Source of the DNA: an uncultured Nitrososphaerota archaeon
GTDB lineage: Archaea > Thermoproteota > Nitrososphaeria > Nitrososphaerales > Nitrosopumilaceae
Direction of reading: 5' to 3'
Assembly: GCA_963701075.1 (NCBI GenBank)
Contig: OY969559.1
Coordinates: forward strand, 992,001 to 1,056,000
DNA length: 64,000 nucleotides
Below, one piece after another: positions 49,728 to 60,109 of this stretch. The translations under genes were made by a program, and so were the position numbers. The first letter of the stretch is position 1. Each line of letters opens with the position of its first letter. Under the pieces are notes generated by a model. That model saw only the letters and a program-made list of their open reading frames with translations, had not been told where the DNA came from and made no database searches.

Positions 49728-50309
49728 ATGCCTAGTGAGATTGATGGCCTGAGAAAGACTGTTATTTCATGCACCTCATGTGAATTGTCCAAATCAAGAA
49801 CAAATGCAGTACCAGGTTCTGGCAGTATTAACACCGAAATAGTGTTTATTGGTGAAGCTCCAGGCCGCACAGAAGATATTCAAGGCATGCCTTTTGTAGG
49901 TACTGCAGGTAAGATACTTTCAGAAGCATTGGTATATGCAGGATTTACGCGTGAAGATGTTTACATTACAAATATTGTAAAATGTAGACCGCCTGATAAT
50001 AGGAGACCAAATAAGCAAGAAATGGATTCGTGTAATAGTTATCTACAAAAAGAACTTGAGATCATCCGACCTAAAATCATCTGTATATTGGGGAACACTG
50101 CCTTTGGTTCATTGCTAAATGGAAATGCAATAACAAAGAATAGGGGAAAAATAATTAAAAGAAATGAGCAACTATATTTTGTTACGATACACCCCGCAGC
50201 TATCATATATAATCAGGATCTGCGCCAAGTCCTAAAAGATGATTTAAAGACGTTGGCAGGCATTCTTGACAAGATAAAAAAGGGAATTCCCATAGAAATT
50301 AACGAATGA
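49728..50309 (+). CDS. udg: Uracil-DNA glycosylase family 4
   Basis: CTSCEL, FIGEAPG..ED..G.PFVG.AG, TNIVKCRPP.NR, HPAA; ATG at 49728. Confidence 0.94.
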   Translation: MPSEIDGLRKTVISCTSCELSKSRTNAVPGSGSINTEIVFIGEAPGRTEDIQGMPFVGTAGKILSEALVYAGFTREDVYITNIVKCRPPDNRRPNKQEMDSCNSYLQKELEIIRPKIICILGNTAFGSLLNGNAITKNRGKIIKRNEQLYFVTIHPAAIIYNQDLRQVLKDDLKTLAGILDKIKKGIPIEINE

Positions 50310-50887
50310 AGGTTATTCCACGTTCGTTTTATGGGAAAGATACCGTTGATGTAGCTAAGAATCTACTAGGAAAGATACTAGTTAGAAGAATCAACGGAAT
50401 GTCAGTCTCAGGAATTATTTCTGAAACTGAAGCCTACAGGTACAAGGATGATCCTGCCAGTCATTCATTTGGAGGTAGAACTGAAAGAAACAAAGCAATG
50501 TTTGGTGAAGTAGGAAGAGCCTATGTTTACTTTACATATGGAATGCATTATTGTGTAAATGCTGTTGCAAAATCTGAAAAATATGATGCAGGTGCAGTAT
50601 TAATACGCGCCATTGTTCCAAAGGATGGACTTGACTTTATGCTAAAGCAACGTAAAACGGACGTAATTTCTAATCTCGCAAATGGTCCTGCAAAGTTGAC
50701 ACAATCCCTCAAAATAACAAGAGCGCAATATGGAGAAGATTTGACAAAAGTATCTGGACTGTATATCACTGATGGCATAAATGTAAAAAGATCCATAATT
50801 GAATCAAGGCCTAGGATTGGAATTAAAAAGGCAGTAGATAACTTGTGGAATTTTAGTATACCGAAAAACTATTTTACAGATTATTGA
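50306..50887 (+). CDS. mpg: 3-methyladenine DNA glycosylase (MPG/AAG)
   Basis: ETEAY, DPASH, AYVYFTYGMHYCVN, AVLIRA, NGPAKL, RIGI. Confidence 0.94.
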   Translation: MKVIPRSFYGKDTVDVAKNLLGKILVRRINGMSVSGIISETEAYRYKDDPASHSFGGRTERNKAMFGEVGRAYVYFTYGMHYCVNAVAKSEKYDAGAVLIRAIVPKDGLDFMLKQRKTDVISNLANGPAKLTQSLKITRAQYGEDLTKVSGLYITDGINVKRSIIESRPRIGIKKAVDNLWNFSIPKNYFTDY

Positions 50888-52095
50888 GATGACGGTGCAG
50901 GTCTGACTTCCAAAGTAGCAGTAAGGTCAAGTGATTTTCCTTGTCTGTCAACTGTTATGGTTACCTTATCGCCTACCGATTTTTCGTCATCCAAGTAGGT
51001 AATTATGTCATCAATTGTCTTCATTGGGTGTCCGTCTATCGCAGTTATGATGTCTCCGCCGTGGGGAATGTTGTTCTCATCCAGAGTAGCTGCTATTATG
51101 CCAGCCATATCCGCCGGTCCTCCTGGTACAACCTTTTCAACTATGACACCTTTGAAGTTTCTCGCCAAACCATTAGCCAGTGAAATATCTGGATCCATTG
51201 TTCTGCCTGCTATTCCAAGATAGGGGTGTTGATACGTTCCATTTTTAATTAAAACTGGAGTTATTCTCTCAATACTATTAGATGGAATGGCAAATCCTAC
51301 CCCCGAAAAATCCCCAGTATTTGTAGAAATTGCTGTATTCATTCCTATAACTTCCCCTTGCAAATTTAACAGTGGTCCTCCTGAATTTCCTGGATTGATT
51401 GCTGCATCAACTTGGATGATGTCTGGTATTGAATAACCCACATTTTCATTAGGTAGTAAGCGTCCTATTGCACTGACTATGCCAGTGGTCATTGTATCGC
51501 TGAGGCCAAACGGATTGCCTATTGCAATCACTTGCTGACCAACTTGAATATCTGATGAGTTTCCTAATGCAAGCGGAATCAAATTCTCATCTGAAAAATT
51601 ATCAATAATCTGTATTACGGCAACATCGTTGTCTGGATCGGTTCCTACAACTTTAGCGGTGTATGTATTTCCGTCAATAAAAGTGACATTCACTGTACTC
51701 GAACCCTCTACAACATGGTTGTTTGTTATTATGCGCCCTTCTTTATCATAAATAAAACCTGACCCTAGTCTTGTTGATTGACTTGAAAGTGGTTGTCCAT
51801 TTATAATTATGGTGTTATCTACTGTGGAAACTTTACTAGTTATCTGAACAACGGAATTCTGTGTTTTCTGGAAGAGATCTGTCAGGATTGAATCTTGTGA
51901 AAAAGTTTCTGCGTTACCAGATGATACTGTAGGTTCAGGTGATCCTTGAGGTCTAGGCGGTACAGGCTGACCTACAGATCCTTGTGCCGTTGCTTGAGAT
52001 AAATCTCCAGAAAATCGGTCATTAGCATACTGAACAATAACAATGGCAGAAAGAACGGCAATTACTCCAATAAGTATCATCTCTAATTTTTTCAT
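50881..52095 (-). CDS. htrA: HtrA/DegP-like trypsin serine protease with PDZ domain
   Basis: GSGF, TNNHVV, DVAVI, AIGNPFGL, DAAINPGNSGGPL, PDZ GDIITAIDG. Confidence 0.94.
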   Translation of the reverse strand: MKKLEMILIGVIAVLSAIVIVQYANDRFSGDLSQATAQGSVGQPVPPRPQGSPEPTVSSGNAETFSQDSILTDLFQKTQNSVVQITSKVSTVDNTIIINGQPLSSQSTRLGSGFIYDKEGRIITNNHVVEGSSTVNVTFIDGNTYTAKVVGTDPDNDVAVIQIIDNFSDENLIPLALGNSSDIQVGQQVIAIGNPFGLSDTMTTGIVSAIGRLLPNENVGYSIPDIIQVDAAINPGNSGGPLLNLQGEVIGMNTAISTNTGDFSGVGFAIPSNSIERITPVLIKNGTYQHPYLGIAGRTMDPDISLANGLARNFKGVIVEKVVPGGPADMAGIIAATLDENNIPHGGDIITAIDGHPMKTIDDIITYLDDEKSVGDKVTITVDRQGKSLDLTATLEVRPAPSSQ

Positions 52096-52192
52096 AGTAG
52101 ATCGTTTAAAAAATAGTGTAGACCAGAATAATATTCTTTACGAAGCTTTGTTAATCTCAACATAAATATACGCACTAGTCAGTTAACACCTA

Positions 52193-52687
52193 GTGGTAAA
52201 GAAGCAAAAAAACAAGGCAAAAACTATGCCGATTTCACGTGACATGGTAATCTTTATAGTGATTGTAGTAGCGGCTGCTGGTGGAGGAATCTATTACTTA
52301 CTTAACAATTCAACGCCAGTTAACGAAAAGTTTCCAGTGTTTGCTGCTCCAACCAATATCTACATTATAGCAGTTCATGACCCAACACAAGGATATGTGT
52401 ATGAACAAGAATCTACACGTCAAGCGAAAAAGGCAGTATCTGGAGGAGTAGCTGATGCCTCAATTCATATTCCTCAAGGCATTCTGGTCTCACTTCATTT
52501 CATAAATGAAGATAAAGATACCTACGCTACTATGGACCTTAACATTGATGAGTTTAATGTACACACCAACAAATTGAGCTACTTCCAAGCACAAACAATA
52601 AACTTTCTAGCTGACAAAGAAGGAACCTACTCATACTATTCGAATTTACATCCTGAAATGAAAGGCACCATAACGGTGGATCCGTAA
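52193..52687 (+). CDS. Membrane-anchored cupredoxin-fold protein with degenerate Cu site
   Basis: N-terminal TM; EGTYSYYSNLHPEMKGTITV matches the cupredoxin C-terminus with Ser in place of Cys. Confidence 0.7.
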   Translation: MVKKQKNKAKTMPISRDMVIFIVIVVAAAGGGIYYLLNNSTPVNEKFPVFAAPTNIYIIAVHDPTQGYVYEQESTRQAKKAVSGGVADASIHIPQGILVSLHFINEDKDTYATMDLNIDEFNVHTNKLSYFQAQTINFLADKEGTYSYYSNLHPEMKGTITVDP

Positions 52688-52744
52688 TTATATTGAAAAT
52701 GTTTTTTAAAAAATACGCATCATGTAAAATGGAGTTACTAGATC

Positions 52745-53131
52745 TTGATGGATGATAAAGAACATAATTTTTCTAGAACTGATGTTCTTGACCTGATGGA
52801 TAATTTTATTGAAAGAATGCTTGAAATTCGAAGAATACTTCTCAGTGTTTCAGTCTCTGCACTAATACTTGCACCATTTGCAACAGGTCTCTCAATCTTC
52901 CTCTTAACACACCCTCGTTTTTATGCTGTTCTTGAGAGGGAGCATGAGTTTGGTACAATACTATGCGTTCTATTGGGAGTCATCATATCCGTTTCAGTTG
53001 TATGGATAGTAACAGGAGTCAGGCAGTATCTTACACTGAAATCATGGGATCAAAGATATAAAGAATATCTTAAACAAAAAGATGAAATCGACAAGAGAAT
53101 TGCATCAGACTATGGCCTAGAACAAGATTAG
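52745..53131 (+). CDS. Two-TM hypothetical membrane protein
   Basis: Two hydrophobic helices and a charged tail. Confidence 0.7.
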   Translation: MMDDKEHNFSRTDVLDLMDNFIERMLEIRRILLSVSVSALILAPFATGLSIFLLTHPRFYAVLEREHEFGTILCVLLGVIISVSVVWIVTGVRQYLTLKSWDQRYKEYLKQKDEIDKRIASDYGLEQD

Positions 53132-53451
53132 ATTTTGTTCTCATTTACAACCTTCTTGCGAGGGAATAATTTTTCGTATGGCTCTAAAATGGTTCTACAA
53201 AATTCTATTCCCTTTGAAGTAGGATTGTAAATTGTAACAGTTCTTTTTCCTAATGCTTTCTTAGAGCTTATTATCAAATTGTTTGACTCAAGCTCATCAA
53301 GTATGGGTTTGTGTTTTTTGAGGTTTAAACCACAAAAGCTAACCAAAGCTGTCTGATTCAAATCTCCATACTGGACCAACATCAAAATTATGTCTTTTAT
53401 AATATAGATTCGGTCTCTATATGTACTTGAACCAGACATTTGTCGTCTCAA
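53128..53451 (-). CDS. Winged-helix transcriptional regulator
   Basis: YRDRIYIIKDII...NQTALVSFCGLN...LDELESNNLI...TSKG. Confidence 0.8.
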   Translation of the reverse strand: MRRQMSGSSTYRDRIYIIKDIILMLVQYGDLNQTALVSFCGLNLKKHKPILDELESNNLIISSKKALGKRTVTIYNPTSKGIEFCRTILEPYEKLFPRKKVVNENKI

Positions 53452-53505
53452 TTATACCTGCTAAATATATCTCTGATTGTCGTATTATGTGCCTTGACTT
53501 GTTTT

Positions 53506-54948
53506 TTAGTATCCTTTTGCAAACATGACATCTATCTTGCTTGGGCTTTTGCAAACTATGCATGGGGCATTTGATCTTTTTCCATCGAATGGTATGACAC
53601 GAATGTCTGCTCCGGTAGATTCTTTGATCATTTCCTCACATTTTTGGTCTCCACACCATGGGGAATAGAGAAACATTCCGTTCTCTATCTCTTTTTTGAA
53701 CTGCTCCAAATCCACGATATTTTGTATCCTGTCACTAAGAAATTTTTTCGCTTTCTCGAAGAGGCCTCTTTGGATCTCATCTAGCATTTTAACAATTCCG
53801 TCTTCAGCATTGTCAAAAGAAAGATCGGATTTCTTTAGGCTGTCACGTTGTACTAGAACCATTTTGTTTTTTGGTAGATCTCTGGGGCCAATCTCAACTC
53901 TGAGTGGAACACCTTTCATCTCCCAATCATTGAATTTGTAGCCAGGAGTAAACTCGTCCCTGGAATCTATATGGATTCTCAAACCTTTCTTTGTAAGAAT
54001 CTCATTGAGCTCATTTGCTTTTTTCAAGACAGCATCCTTGTCAGATTGAGAAGAATAGATGGGAACTATAATTACTTGGATAGGTGCTACGCGAGGTGGT
54101 AAGACTAATCCTTTGTCATCGCCATGAACCATTATCAAAGCGCCGATGAGTCGCCAAGAAACCCCCCATGAGGTCTGCCACGCAAAAGTCTCTATATTCT
54201 GTTTATCCAGATACTTTACATCAAATGGCTTTGAAAAGTTTTGACCTAGAAAATGTGAAGTACCCATTTGTAATGCCTTTCCATCAGGCATGATTGATTC
54301 CATGGTTGTTGTATAGACTGCACCTACAAACTTCTCCTTCTCACTCTTTTTTCCTAGTATGACTGGAATAGCTAGTTCATCTTCCACTGTTCTTCTGTAT
54401 ATGTCAAGTATGACTGCGACCTCTTCTTCTGCCTCTTCTTTTGTTGCGTGTACAGTATGTCCTTCTTGCCATAAAAACTCTGATGTTCTAAGAAACGGTT
54501 TTGTGGACTTGATCTCGGCTCGCAACGCAGAATTCCAAAAATTAATCTTGAGAGGCAGGTCTCTCCAACTCTTTATCCATTTTGAATACATGGAATATGC
54601 AAGGGTCTCAGAGGTAGGCCTAAGCGCTAATCTGTCTCCAATCTCAGTATCACCTGAATGTGTGACCCAAAAGACCTCGGGTGTAAAACCTGCGAAATGT
54701 GTTGTCTCCTTGCTTAATAGTGACTCTGGAATGAGCACTGGAAGAAATCCGTTTTCATGGCCAGTTGCCTTTAGTTTTTGATCAACTGACGACTTGATAT
54801 ATTCCCATATTGAATAACCGTATGGTCTCAGTACAATTAACCCCTTGACTGGCGCATAGTCTGTAAGTTGTGCTTTTATCACTACCTGTGTATACCATTC
54901 GCTAAAATCTTCATTCTTTTTTACCGTGATTCCAATCTCTTTACTCAA
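53506..54948 (-). CDS. proS: Proline--tRNA ligase (archaeal/eukaryotic type)
   Basis: FSEWY, LRPTSET, FLRTSEFLWQEGHT, GTSHFLGQNF, QTSWGVSWR. Confidence 0.97.
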   Translation of the reverse strand: MSKEIGITVKKNEDFSEWYTQVVIKAQLTDYAPVKGLIVLRPYGYSIWEYIKSSVDQKLKATGHENGFLPVLIPESLLSKETTHFAGFTPEVFWVTHSGDTEIGDRLALRPTSETLAYSMYSKWIKSWRDLPLKINFWNSALRAEIKSTKPFLRTSEFLWQEGHTVHATKEEAEEEVAVILDIYRRTVEDELAIPVILGKKSEKEKFVGAVYTTTMESIMPDGKALQMGTSHFLGQNFSKPFDVKYLDKQNIETFAWQTSWGVSWRLIGALIMVHGDDKGLVLPPRVAPIQVIIVPIYSSQSDKDAVLKKANELNEILTKKGLRIHIDSRDEFTPGYKFNDWEMKGVPLRVEIGPRDLPKNKMVLVQRDSLKKSDLSFDNAEDGIVKMLDEIQRGLFEKAKKFLSDRIQNIVDLEQFKKEIENGMFLYSPWCGDQKCEEMIKESTGADIRVIPFDGKRSNAPCIVCKSPSKIDVMFAKGY

Positions 54949-54990
54949 TTTACATCATTTTGCAGTTTATCCTAATGAGCCTTTGTTCTT

Positions 54991-55284
54991 CTACAAAGGG
55001 TCGCCCTTGCAAAGAACTTTTCCAGTTATTCTGCTTTGAAAATTAGGGCAGACAAAACATTGGATAAATGGTACCTCTTTTTTCAAAACAGGACAGTCTA
55101 CGGATTCCTCTTTCATTTTTTTCAGCATCTTGGGACTAACTCCCTTCAACTTTAATTTTCCTTTATCATCCATCATTCCGGATGCTTTTAGCTCTTCTTT
55201 TGTTTGGTCTGATAGCTTGTTTGATGTTGAAGCAGCCCTGATTGTAACTTCGTATTTGTGTGGAAGCTCGCTCATAATCTTCAT
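54991..55284 (-). CDS. Small Cys-rich hypothetical protein
   Basis: VDCPV...QCFVCPNF...VLCKG. Confidence 0.7.
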   Translation of the reverse strand: MKIMSELPHKYEVTIRAASTSNKLSDQTKEELKASGMMDDKGKLKLKGVSPKMLKKMKEESVDCPVLKKEVPFIQCFVCPNFQSRITGKVLCKGDPL

Positions 55285-55375
55285 CTTAGATATCTTGAAT
55301 ATATTGCTAGTGGTGGAAAGATCTAAGATCGCTTAAGATTAATATAATCTCCATCATTTCACAAAGCGGAAACTG

Positions 55376-56026
55376 ATGTTAGCAATTTTTGATGTGGAAG
55401 GTGTATTACTTGATGCAGAATTCCTTCCAATATTGGCAGAAAAAATTAACAAACAAGATGAGATCTGGGAAATTACAAGAAAAGGAATTGAAGGAATAAT
55501 AAACTGGGAAGAAGGACTAAAGAAGAGAATAGAACTTCTCAGAGGAATAAACTATGAAACTTGCACAGAAGTTGCTGATTCACTTAGGATAATGACCGGT
55601 GCAAGAGAAGCATGTCATGCTCTCAAGGCTGCTGGCTGGAGACTGATGGCAGTATCAGGGGGATTCACTATAATGACTGATAGGCTACGCGAAGAACTGG
55701 GGTTGGACTATGTCTTTTCAAACGAATTAATTTTCAAAAACGGCAAACTTGATGGTGTTACAATAAATGTCACTTCTGACAAAGCCAAATCAGCTATAAT
55801 AAAGATAAAGGAATGGAAAGAAAAGAAGGAGGATATAGCAGTTGTCGTTGACGGCGCAAACGATGTGAAATTATTTGATATATGTGGACTAGGTGTAGCG
55901 TTTCGAGCCCAGGATATTGTCAAAGACTTGGCTACTGTAACACTAGAAGAGAAAGATCTTTCAAAACTGATTGATATAATAAACACGCATTATGGACTGA
56001 AGATACAGTTACAAACTGTTGCTTGA
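55376..56026 (+). CDS. serB: Phosphoserine phosphatase (HAD)
   Basis: FDVEGVL, VSGGF, DGANDV. Confidence 0.88.
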   Translation: MLAIFDVEGVLLDAEFLPILAEKINKQDEIWEITRKGIEGIINWEEGLKKRIELLRGINYETCTEVADSLRIMTGAREACHALKAAGWRLMAVSGGFTIMTDRLREELGLDYVFSNELIFKNGKLDGVTINVTSDKAKSAIIKIKEWKEKKEDIAVVVDGANDVKLFDICGLGVAFRAQDIVKDLATVTLEEKDLSKLIDIINTHYGLKIQLQTVA

Positions 56027-56066
56027 GCAGAATATGATTTTAAGCAGCTAGGTAATAGGTTGCTAG

Positions 56067-56807
56067 ATGACATTAGAGATTATTCCAGTGCATGTTGAAA
56101 ATGAAATCAAACCCGGAGATGATCTAATTGGGTTGATGCTTGTCTCAAATTCAGGATCAAATCTACAAGATGGCGACATTCTAGTTTTTACACAGAAAAT
56201 CATCTCAAAACAAGAAGGACGAATTGTAAATCTTTCAAATGTTAAACCTACTCTCCTTGCTACTGGTATATCTAGTGAATACAGAAAGGATCCTCGAATT
56301 GTACAGCTGATACTTGATCAATCGAAACGTATAGTCAGAATGCGTAATGGCATAATAATTTCAGAGACAATTCACGGTTTCATCTGTGCAAATGCGGGGG
56401 TGGATGAAAGCAATATAGAAGAAGGGTATGCAACTTTGTTACCACATAATGCTGACACATCAGCTGAAACATTACGTAAACAAGTAAAAGAAAAAACTGG
56501 AAAAAACATAGCTGTTATCATATCTGATACATTTGGACGTCCGTTTAGGCAAGGTCAAACTAATGCGGCTGTTGGAATTTCTGGAATTGCCTCTGTATTG
56601 GACTATATTGGGGCAAAAGATACCTTTGGAAGGACTCTCCGTGTAACTTCTATTGCTATTGTAGATGAAATATGCTCAGCTACTGAACTTGTTATGGGCA
56701 AATCACTTCACGTACCGATATCTATAGTGAGAAATTATCATTTCGATGATGCAAAAAATACAATAAATGATATTATTAGACCGCGATCCGAAGATCTATT
56801 TAGGTAA
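56067..56807 (+). CDS. cofE: Coenzyme F420-0:L-glutamate ligase
   Basis: TQKIISKQEG, CANAGVDESN, ISDTFGRPFR.G, DEICSA. Confidence 0.95.
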   Translation: MTLEIIPVHVENEIKPGDDLIGLMLVSNSGSNLQDGDILVFTQKIISKQEGRIVNLSNVKPTLLATGISSEYRKDPRIVQLILDQSKRIVRMRNGIIISETIHGFICANAGVDESNIEEGYATLLPHNADTSAETLRKQVKEKTGKNIAVIISDTFGRPFRQGQTNAAVGISGIASVLDYIGAKDTFGRTLRVTSIAIVDEICSATELVMGKSLHVPISIVRNYHFDDAKNTINDIIRPRSEDLFR

Positions 56808-56862
56808 GTAAAAATTTTTGAAAACAAAGATTATATTCATAGGTTGGGAGAAGCGATAAACA

Positions 56863-57783
56863 TTGGATGATTTACGGGCAGAACTACACTGTCACAACGA
56901 ATTTTCGAATTTTCAGCTTGGTTTGAAAGAAACTCCGTATGACTGTGGTATAACAATACAAGAACAACTAGAACAAGCATACAAAACTGGTCTAGATGCC
57001 TTCTTTATTACAAATCATAATACATTAGATGGATACAACCAGCTTTTAGGTTACAAAGAAAACCATGAAAAATTCAAAAATATTCAAGTCTATCCAGGTG
57101 AAGAAGTTACAACAGATCAAGGAATCCATGTGTTAACATATGGAATAACCAAGACGATAAGATCAGGTCAAAGTTTTGAAGAAATACTTGATATAGTAAA
57201 ATCACAAGACGCTGTTTCTTGTGCTCCTCATCCTTTTGCGCTAAATAATGGACTACGAGAAAAGGCAATTCTCTGTGATCTGATTGAAGTCTTTAACAGC
57301 AATAATGTTGATAGATATTCAAATCTTAGGGCTTCTCATTTTGCAAAAGCAAATAATATGACAGAAGTGGCAGGAAGTGATTCTCATGTTGTTTCCACAC
57401 TGGGTAGATGTATTGATGTTATTCAGGCAGAAAATACTCTAGACAATGTGTTGCGAGCAATGAGAAGAGGAAAAATCACAATTGAGAACACTGGTTATAT
57501 TACTAGCAAAGAAATGATAGAACACGCGAAATACAAAATTGAAAATTCAAAAGATGATATTATGAGATATTTCAAAGAAAATCATCCTCATCTAACGGGA
57601 GTTTGTAGTTTTCTGATAGATGTATTTGAATCGAATCCAAATAGTATGGTCTGGAGAGCAGTATATCAAGTAGCAGTACATCTTACTACAAAACTATCGA
57701 ACAAAATTAATTTCAAAAATCAAGATTATAATATATTGTATGAGCGTAATCTCAGAGCGATATTACCGATGATCCTAACCTGA
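56863..57783 (+). CDS. PHP-family metal-dependent phosphoesterase
   Basis: ELHCH, ITNHN, GEEVTT, PHPF, IEVFNS, AGSDSH. Confidence 0.88.
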   Translation: MDDLRAELHCHNEFSNFQLGLKETPYDCGITIQEQLEQAYKTGLDAFFITNHNTLDGYNQLLGYKENHEKFKNIQVYPGEEVTTDQGIHVLTYGITKTIRSGQSFEEILDIVKSQDAVSCAPHPFALNNGLREKAILCDLIEVFNSNNVDRYSNLRASHFAKANNMTEVAGSDSHVVSTLGRCIDVIQAENTLDNVLRAMRRGKITIENTGYITSKEMIEHAKYKIENSKDDIMRYFKENHPHLTGVCSFLIDVFESNPNSMVWRAVYQVAVHLTTKLSNKINFKNQDYNILYERNLRAILPMILT

Positions 57784-57854
57784 GTAATTTTTCTTGCGTA
57801 CATGAATAGCTTTTAATATTACTTTACTAGCTTTTTGTTTACAGGCGAATAGAT

Positions 57855-58094
57855 ATTTCAGAATTATCTCCAACCAAGACAATTGATGTTCGAGGAATGT
57901 TCTGCCCAGAACCTGTCTTTAGAACGAAGATAGAGATGGAAAGAATGGTAGTAGGAAACATTCTGAAAATTATTGCGGACGATCCGGCCTCTGAAGAAGA
58001 TATCTCGCGATGGGTAAACAGAAATGGACACCAATTACTTGGTATAAACAAAGCTGGTAAAGATCTTGAGTTTACCATTAAAAAGGTGAAGTAG
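57855..58094 (+). CDS. tusA: TusA/SirA-family sulfur carrier
   Basis: (I)SELSPTKTIDVRGMFCPEP...ADDPASEEDI; conserved region begins upstream of ATG 57897, start probably ATT 57855. Confidence 0.85.
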   Translation: MSELSPTKTIDVRGMFCPEPVFRTKIEMERMVVGNILKIIADDPASEEDISRWVNRNGHQLLGINKAGKDLEFTIKKVK

Positions 58095-59096
58095 TTGGCT
58101 ACTAAGGCAATAAATGATGCAGAGACACTTCTGAAAAAAATTGGTAATACACCTATTGTGAAACTGGCATCTCTTTCAAACAATCAGGTAGAGTTTTACG
58201 CAAAATTAGAATCTCATAATCCATTTGGCTCTGTAAAAGACAGAGCTGCGTTTTGGATGATAAAAATGGCAGAAGAAAACGGTCTCATAAAAAGGGGGCA
58301 TAGTGTGATAATTGAACCAACTTCAGGAAATACTGGGATTGCTCTTGCAGGAATTGCAAAACTTCTTGGATATAAAGTGGAAATTGTAATTCCTGAAAAG
58401 GCAAGCGAAGAAACGAAGAAGATAATCGAATCTTTAGGAGCTGTTTTATATCAAACAAGCGATGACCTGTGCCCAAAAGTTGGAGCTGGTACAGATCAGA
58501 GCATTGCACTAGCAAAATCAATCGCATCAGCAAGACCTGACAAGTACTATTCTCCTAATCAATATTCAAACGAGGCAAATTTCATGGGTCATTACAAGGG
58601 CACTGGTCCTGAGATTTGGGATCAGACAAAGGGAAAGATAACTCATTTTTTCTCAGGGGTAGGAACTGGAGGCACTATCACCGGAATAGGTGCATATTTG
58701 AAAGAGAAAAATCCAAACATAAAGATTATTGCAGTACAACCGCAGCAAAATCACTTAATTCAAGGCCTGAGAAATTTTGAGGAATCTGCAAAACCTGATC
58801 TCTTTATCAAACGTGAGCAGGTAGTTGATGATTGGATTACAATTACAAACGATGAAGCATTTATTGCTGTAAAAGAAATATATGAAAAAGAAGGAATGTT
58901 GGTCAGCCCATCATCTGCTACAGTGTATACTGCAATGAAAAAATATGGCATTGAAAAGGGTCACGTGGTCGGAATATTTGCTGACGATGGTAGAAAGTTC
59001 AAAAGTCTCTATACTCAACAGAAAATATTCACTGATGAGGAATTTGATAAAGCATTACAAGCGGCAAAATACCTATCGCCTCCACCGTTTTCCTGA
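58095..59096 (+). CDS. cysK: PLP-dependent cysteine synthase family protein
   Basis: IGNTP, KLESHNPFGSVKDR, EPTSGNTG, GVGTGGT. Confidence 0.9.
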   Translation: MATKAINDAETLLKKIGNTPIVKLASLSNNQVEFYAKLESHNPFGSVKDRAAFWMIKMAEENGLIKRGHSVIIEPTSGNTGIALAGIAKLLGYKVEIVIPEKASEETKKIIESLGAVLYQTSDDLCPKVGAGTDQSIALAKSIASARPDKYYSPNQYSNEANFMGHYKGTGPEIWDQTKGKITHFFSGVGTGGTITGIGAYLKEKNPNIKIIAVQPQQNHLIQGLRNFEESAKPDLFIKREQVVDDWITITNDEAFIAVKEIYEKEGMLVSPSSATVYTAMKKYGIEKGHVVGIFADDGRKFKSLYTQQKIFTDEEFDKALQAAKYLSPPPFS

Positions 59097-60065
59097 TTAT
59101 TTTCTTCTGCTTTCTGACAGGTATTTGTCAACATCTATGGCTGCCATGCAACCGAATCCTGCTGCAGTAATTGCCTGTCGGTATCTATGATCATGAACAT
59201 CGCCAGCAGCGAAGACTCCGTCTATGTTAGTGTGTGTATGATTTTTGAGTACTATGTAGCCTTGATCGTTTAACTCGATTTGACCTTTGAACAACTTGGT
59301 ATTTGGCTCATGACCTATTGCAACAAATAAGCCGCCCACATCCATTGCCTCCTGATGATTAGTTGTTATGTCTCGTATCATGATTTGGTTTACTTTTTCA
59401 CTTCCTTTGATCTCATCAATCACGGAATTCCAATGAAACTTGATCTTGTTATTTTCAAATGCCCTATCTTGCATTATTTTACTTGCTCTAAGCTTATCTT
59501 TTCTATGAATGACATGTACATTTTTTGCAAATTTAGTAAGAAATATGGCTTCTTCCATGGCAGAATCTCCGCCGCCTGCCACAACTATTTCTTGATTCTT
59601 GAAAAATGGACCATCGCAAGTAGCACAATATGATACTCCCTTGGCGCTAAACTCTTGTTCTCCTTTTGCACCTAGTTTTCTAGGGCTTGCACCAGTTGCA
59701 ATTATGACAGCGTCTGCTTCATATTCTTCAGAGTATGTTAATACCTTGAATGGCTTTCTTCTAAAATCTACATTTACTACCTCATCATCAATGATTGTGG
59801 CCCCCATCCTCTCTGTCTGTTTTCTCATTGTAGTCATCAGCTCGGGACCTAGGATGCCATCTGAAAAGCCTGGATAGTTTTCAACTTCTGTAGTAAGCAT
59901 TAGTTGACCACCAGGTAGCACTCCTGAAATTACCAGCGTATCACGTTTGGCTCTTGATGTGTAAATGGCGGCAGTGTATCCAGAGGGACCAGCTCCAATT
60001 ATTATCACATCAAACTTTTTCTTTGCTTCTGGCTTGTTACTTTCTGCCCTAATTTCTGCCTGCAT
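59097..60065 (-). CDS. trxB: Thioredoxin reductase
   Basis: IIGAGPSG, VENYPG, CATCDG, GGGDSA, FAAGDV. Confidence 0.96.
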   Translation of the reverse strand: MQAEIRAESNKPEAKKKFDVIIIGAGPSGYTAAIYTSRAKRDTLVISGVLPGGQLMLTTEVENYPGFSDGILGPELMTTMRKQTERMGATIIDDEVVNVDFRRKPFKVLTYSEEYEADAVIIATGASPRKLGAKGEQEFSAKGVSYCATCDGPFFKNQEIVVAGGGDSAMEEAIFLTKFAKNVHVIHRKDKLRASKIMQDRAFENNKIKFHWNSVIDEIKGSEKVNQIMIRDITTNHQEAMDVGGLFVAIGHEPNTKLFKGQIELNDQGYIVLKNHTHTNIDGVFAAGDVHDHRYRQAITAAGFGCMAAIDVDKYLSESRRK

Positions 60066-60109
60066 AAATAAAATTCATCTACAGTTCATATTTAAATTAT
60101 GCACCGATT

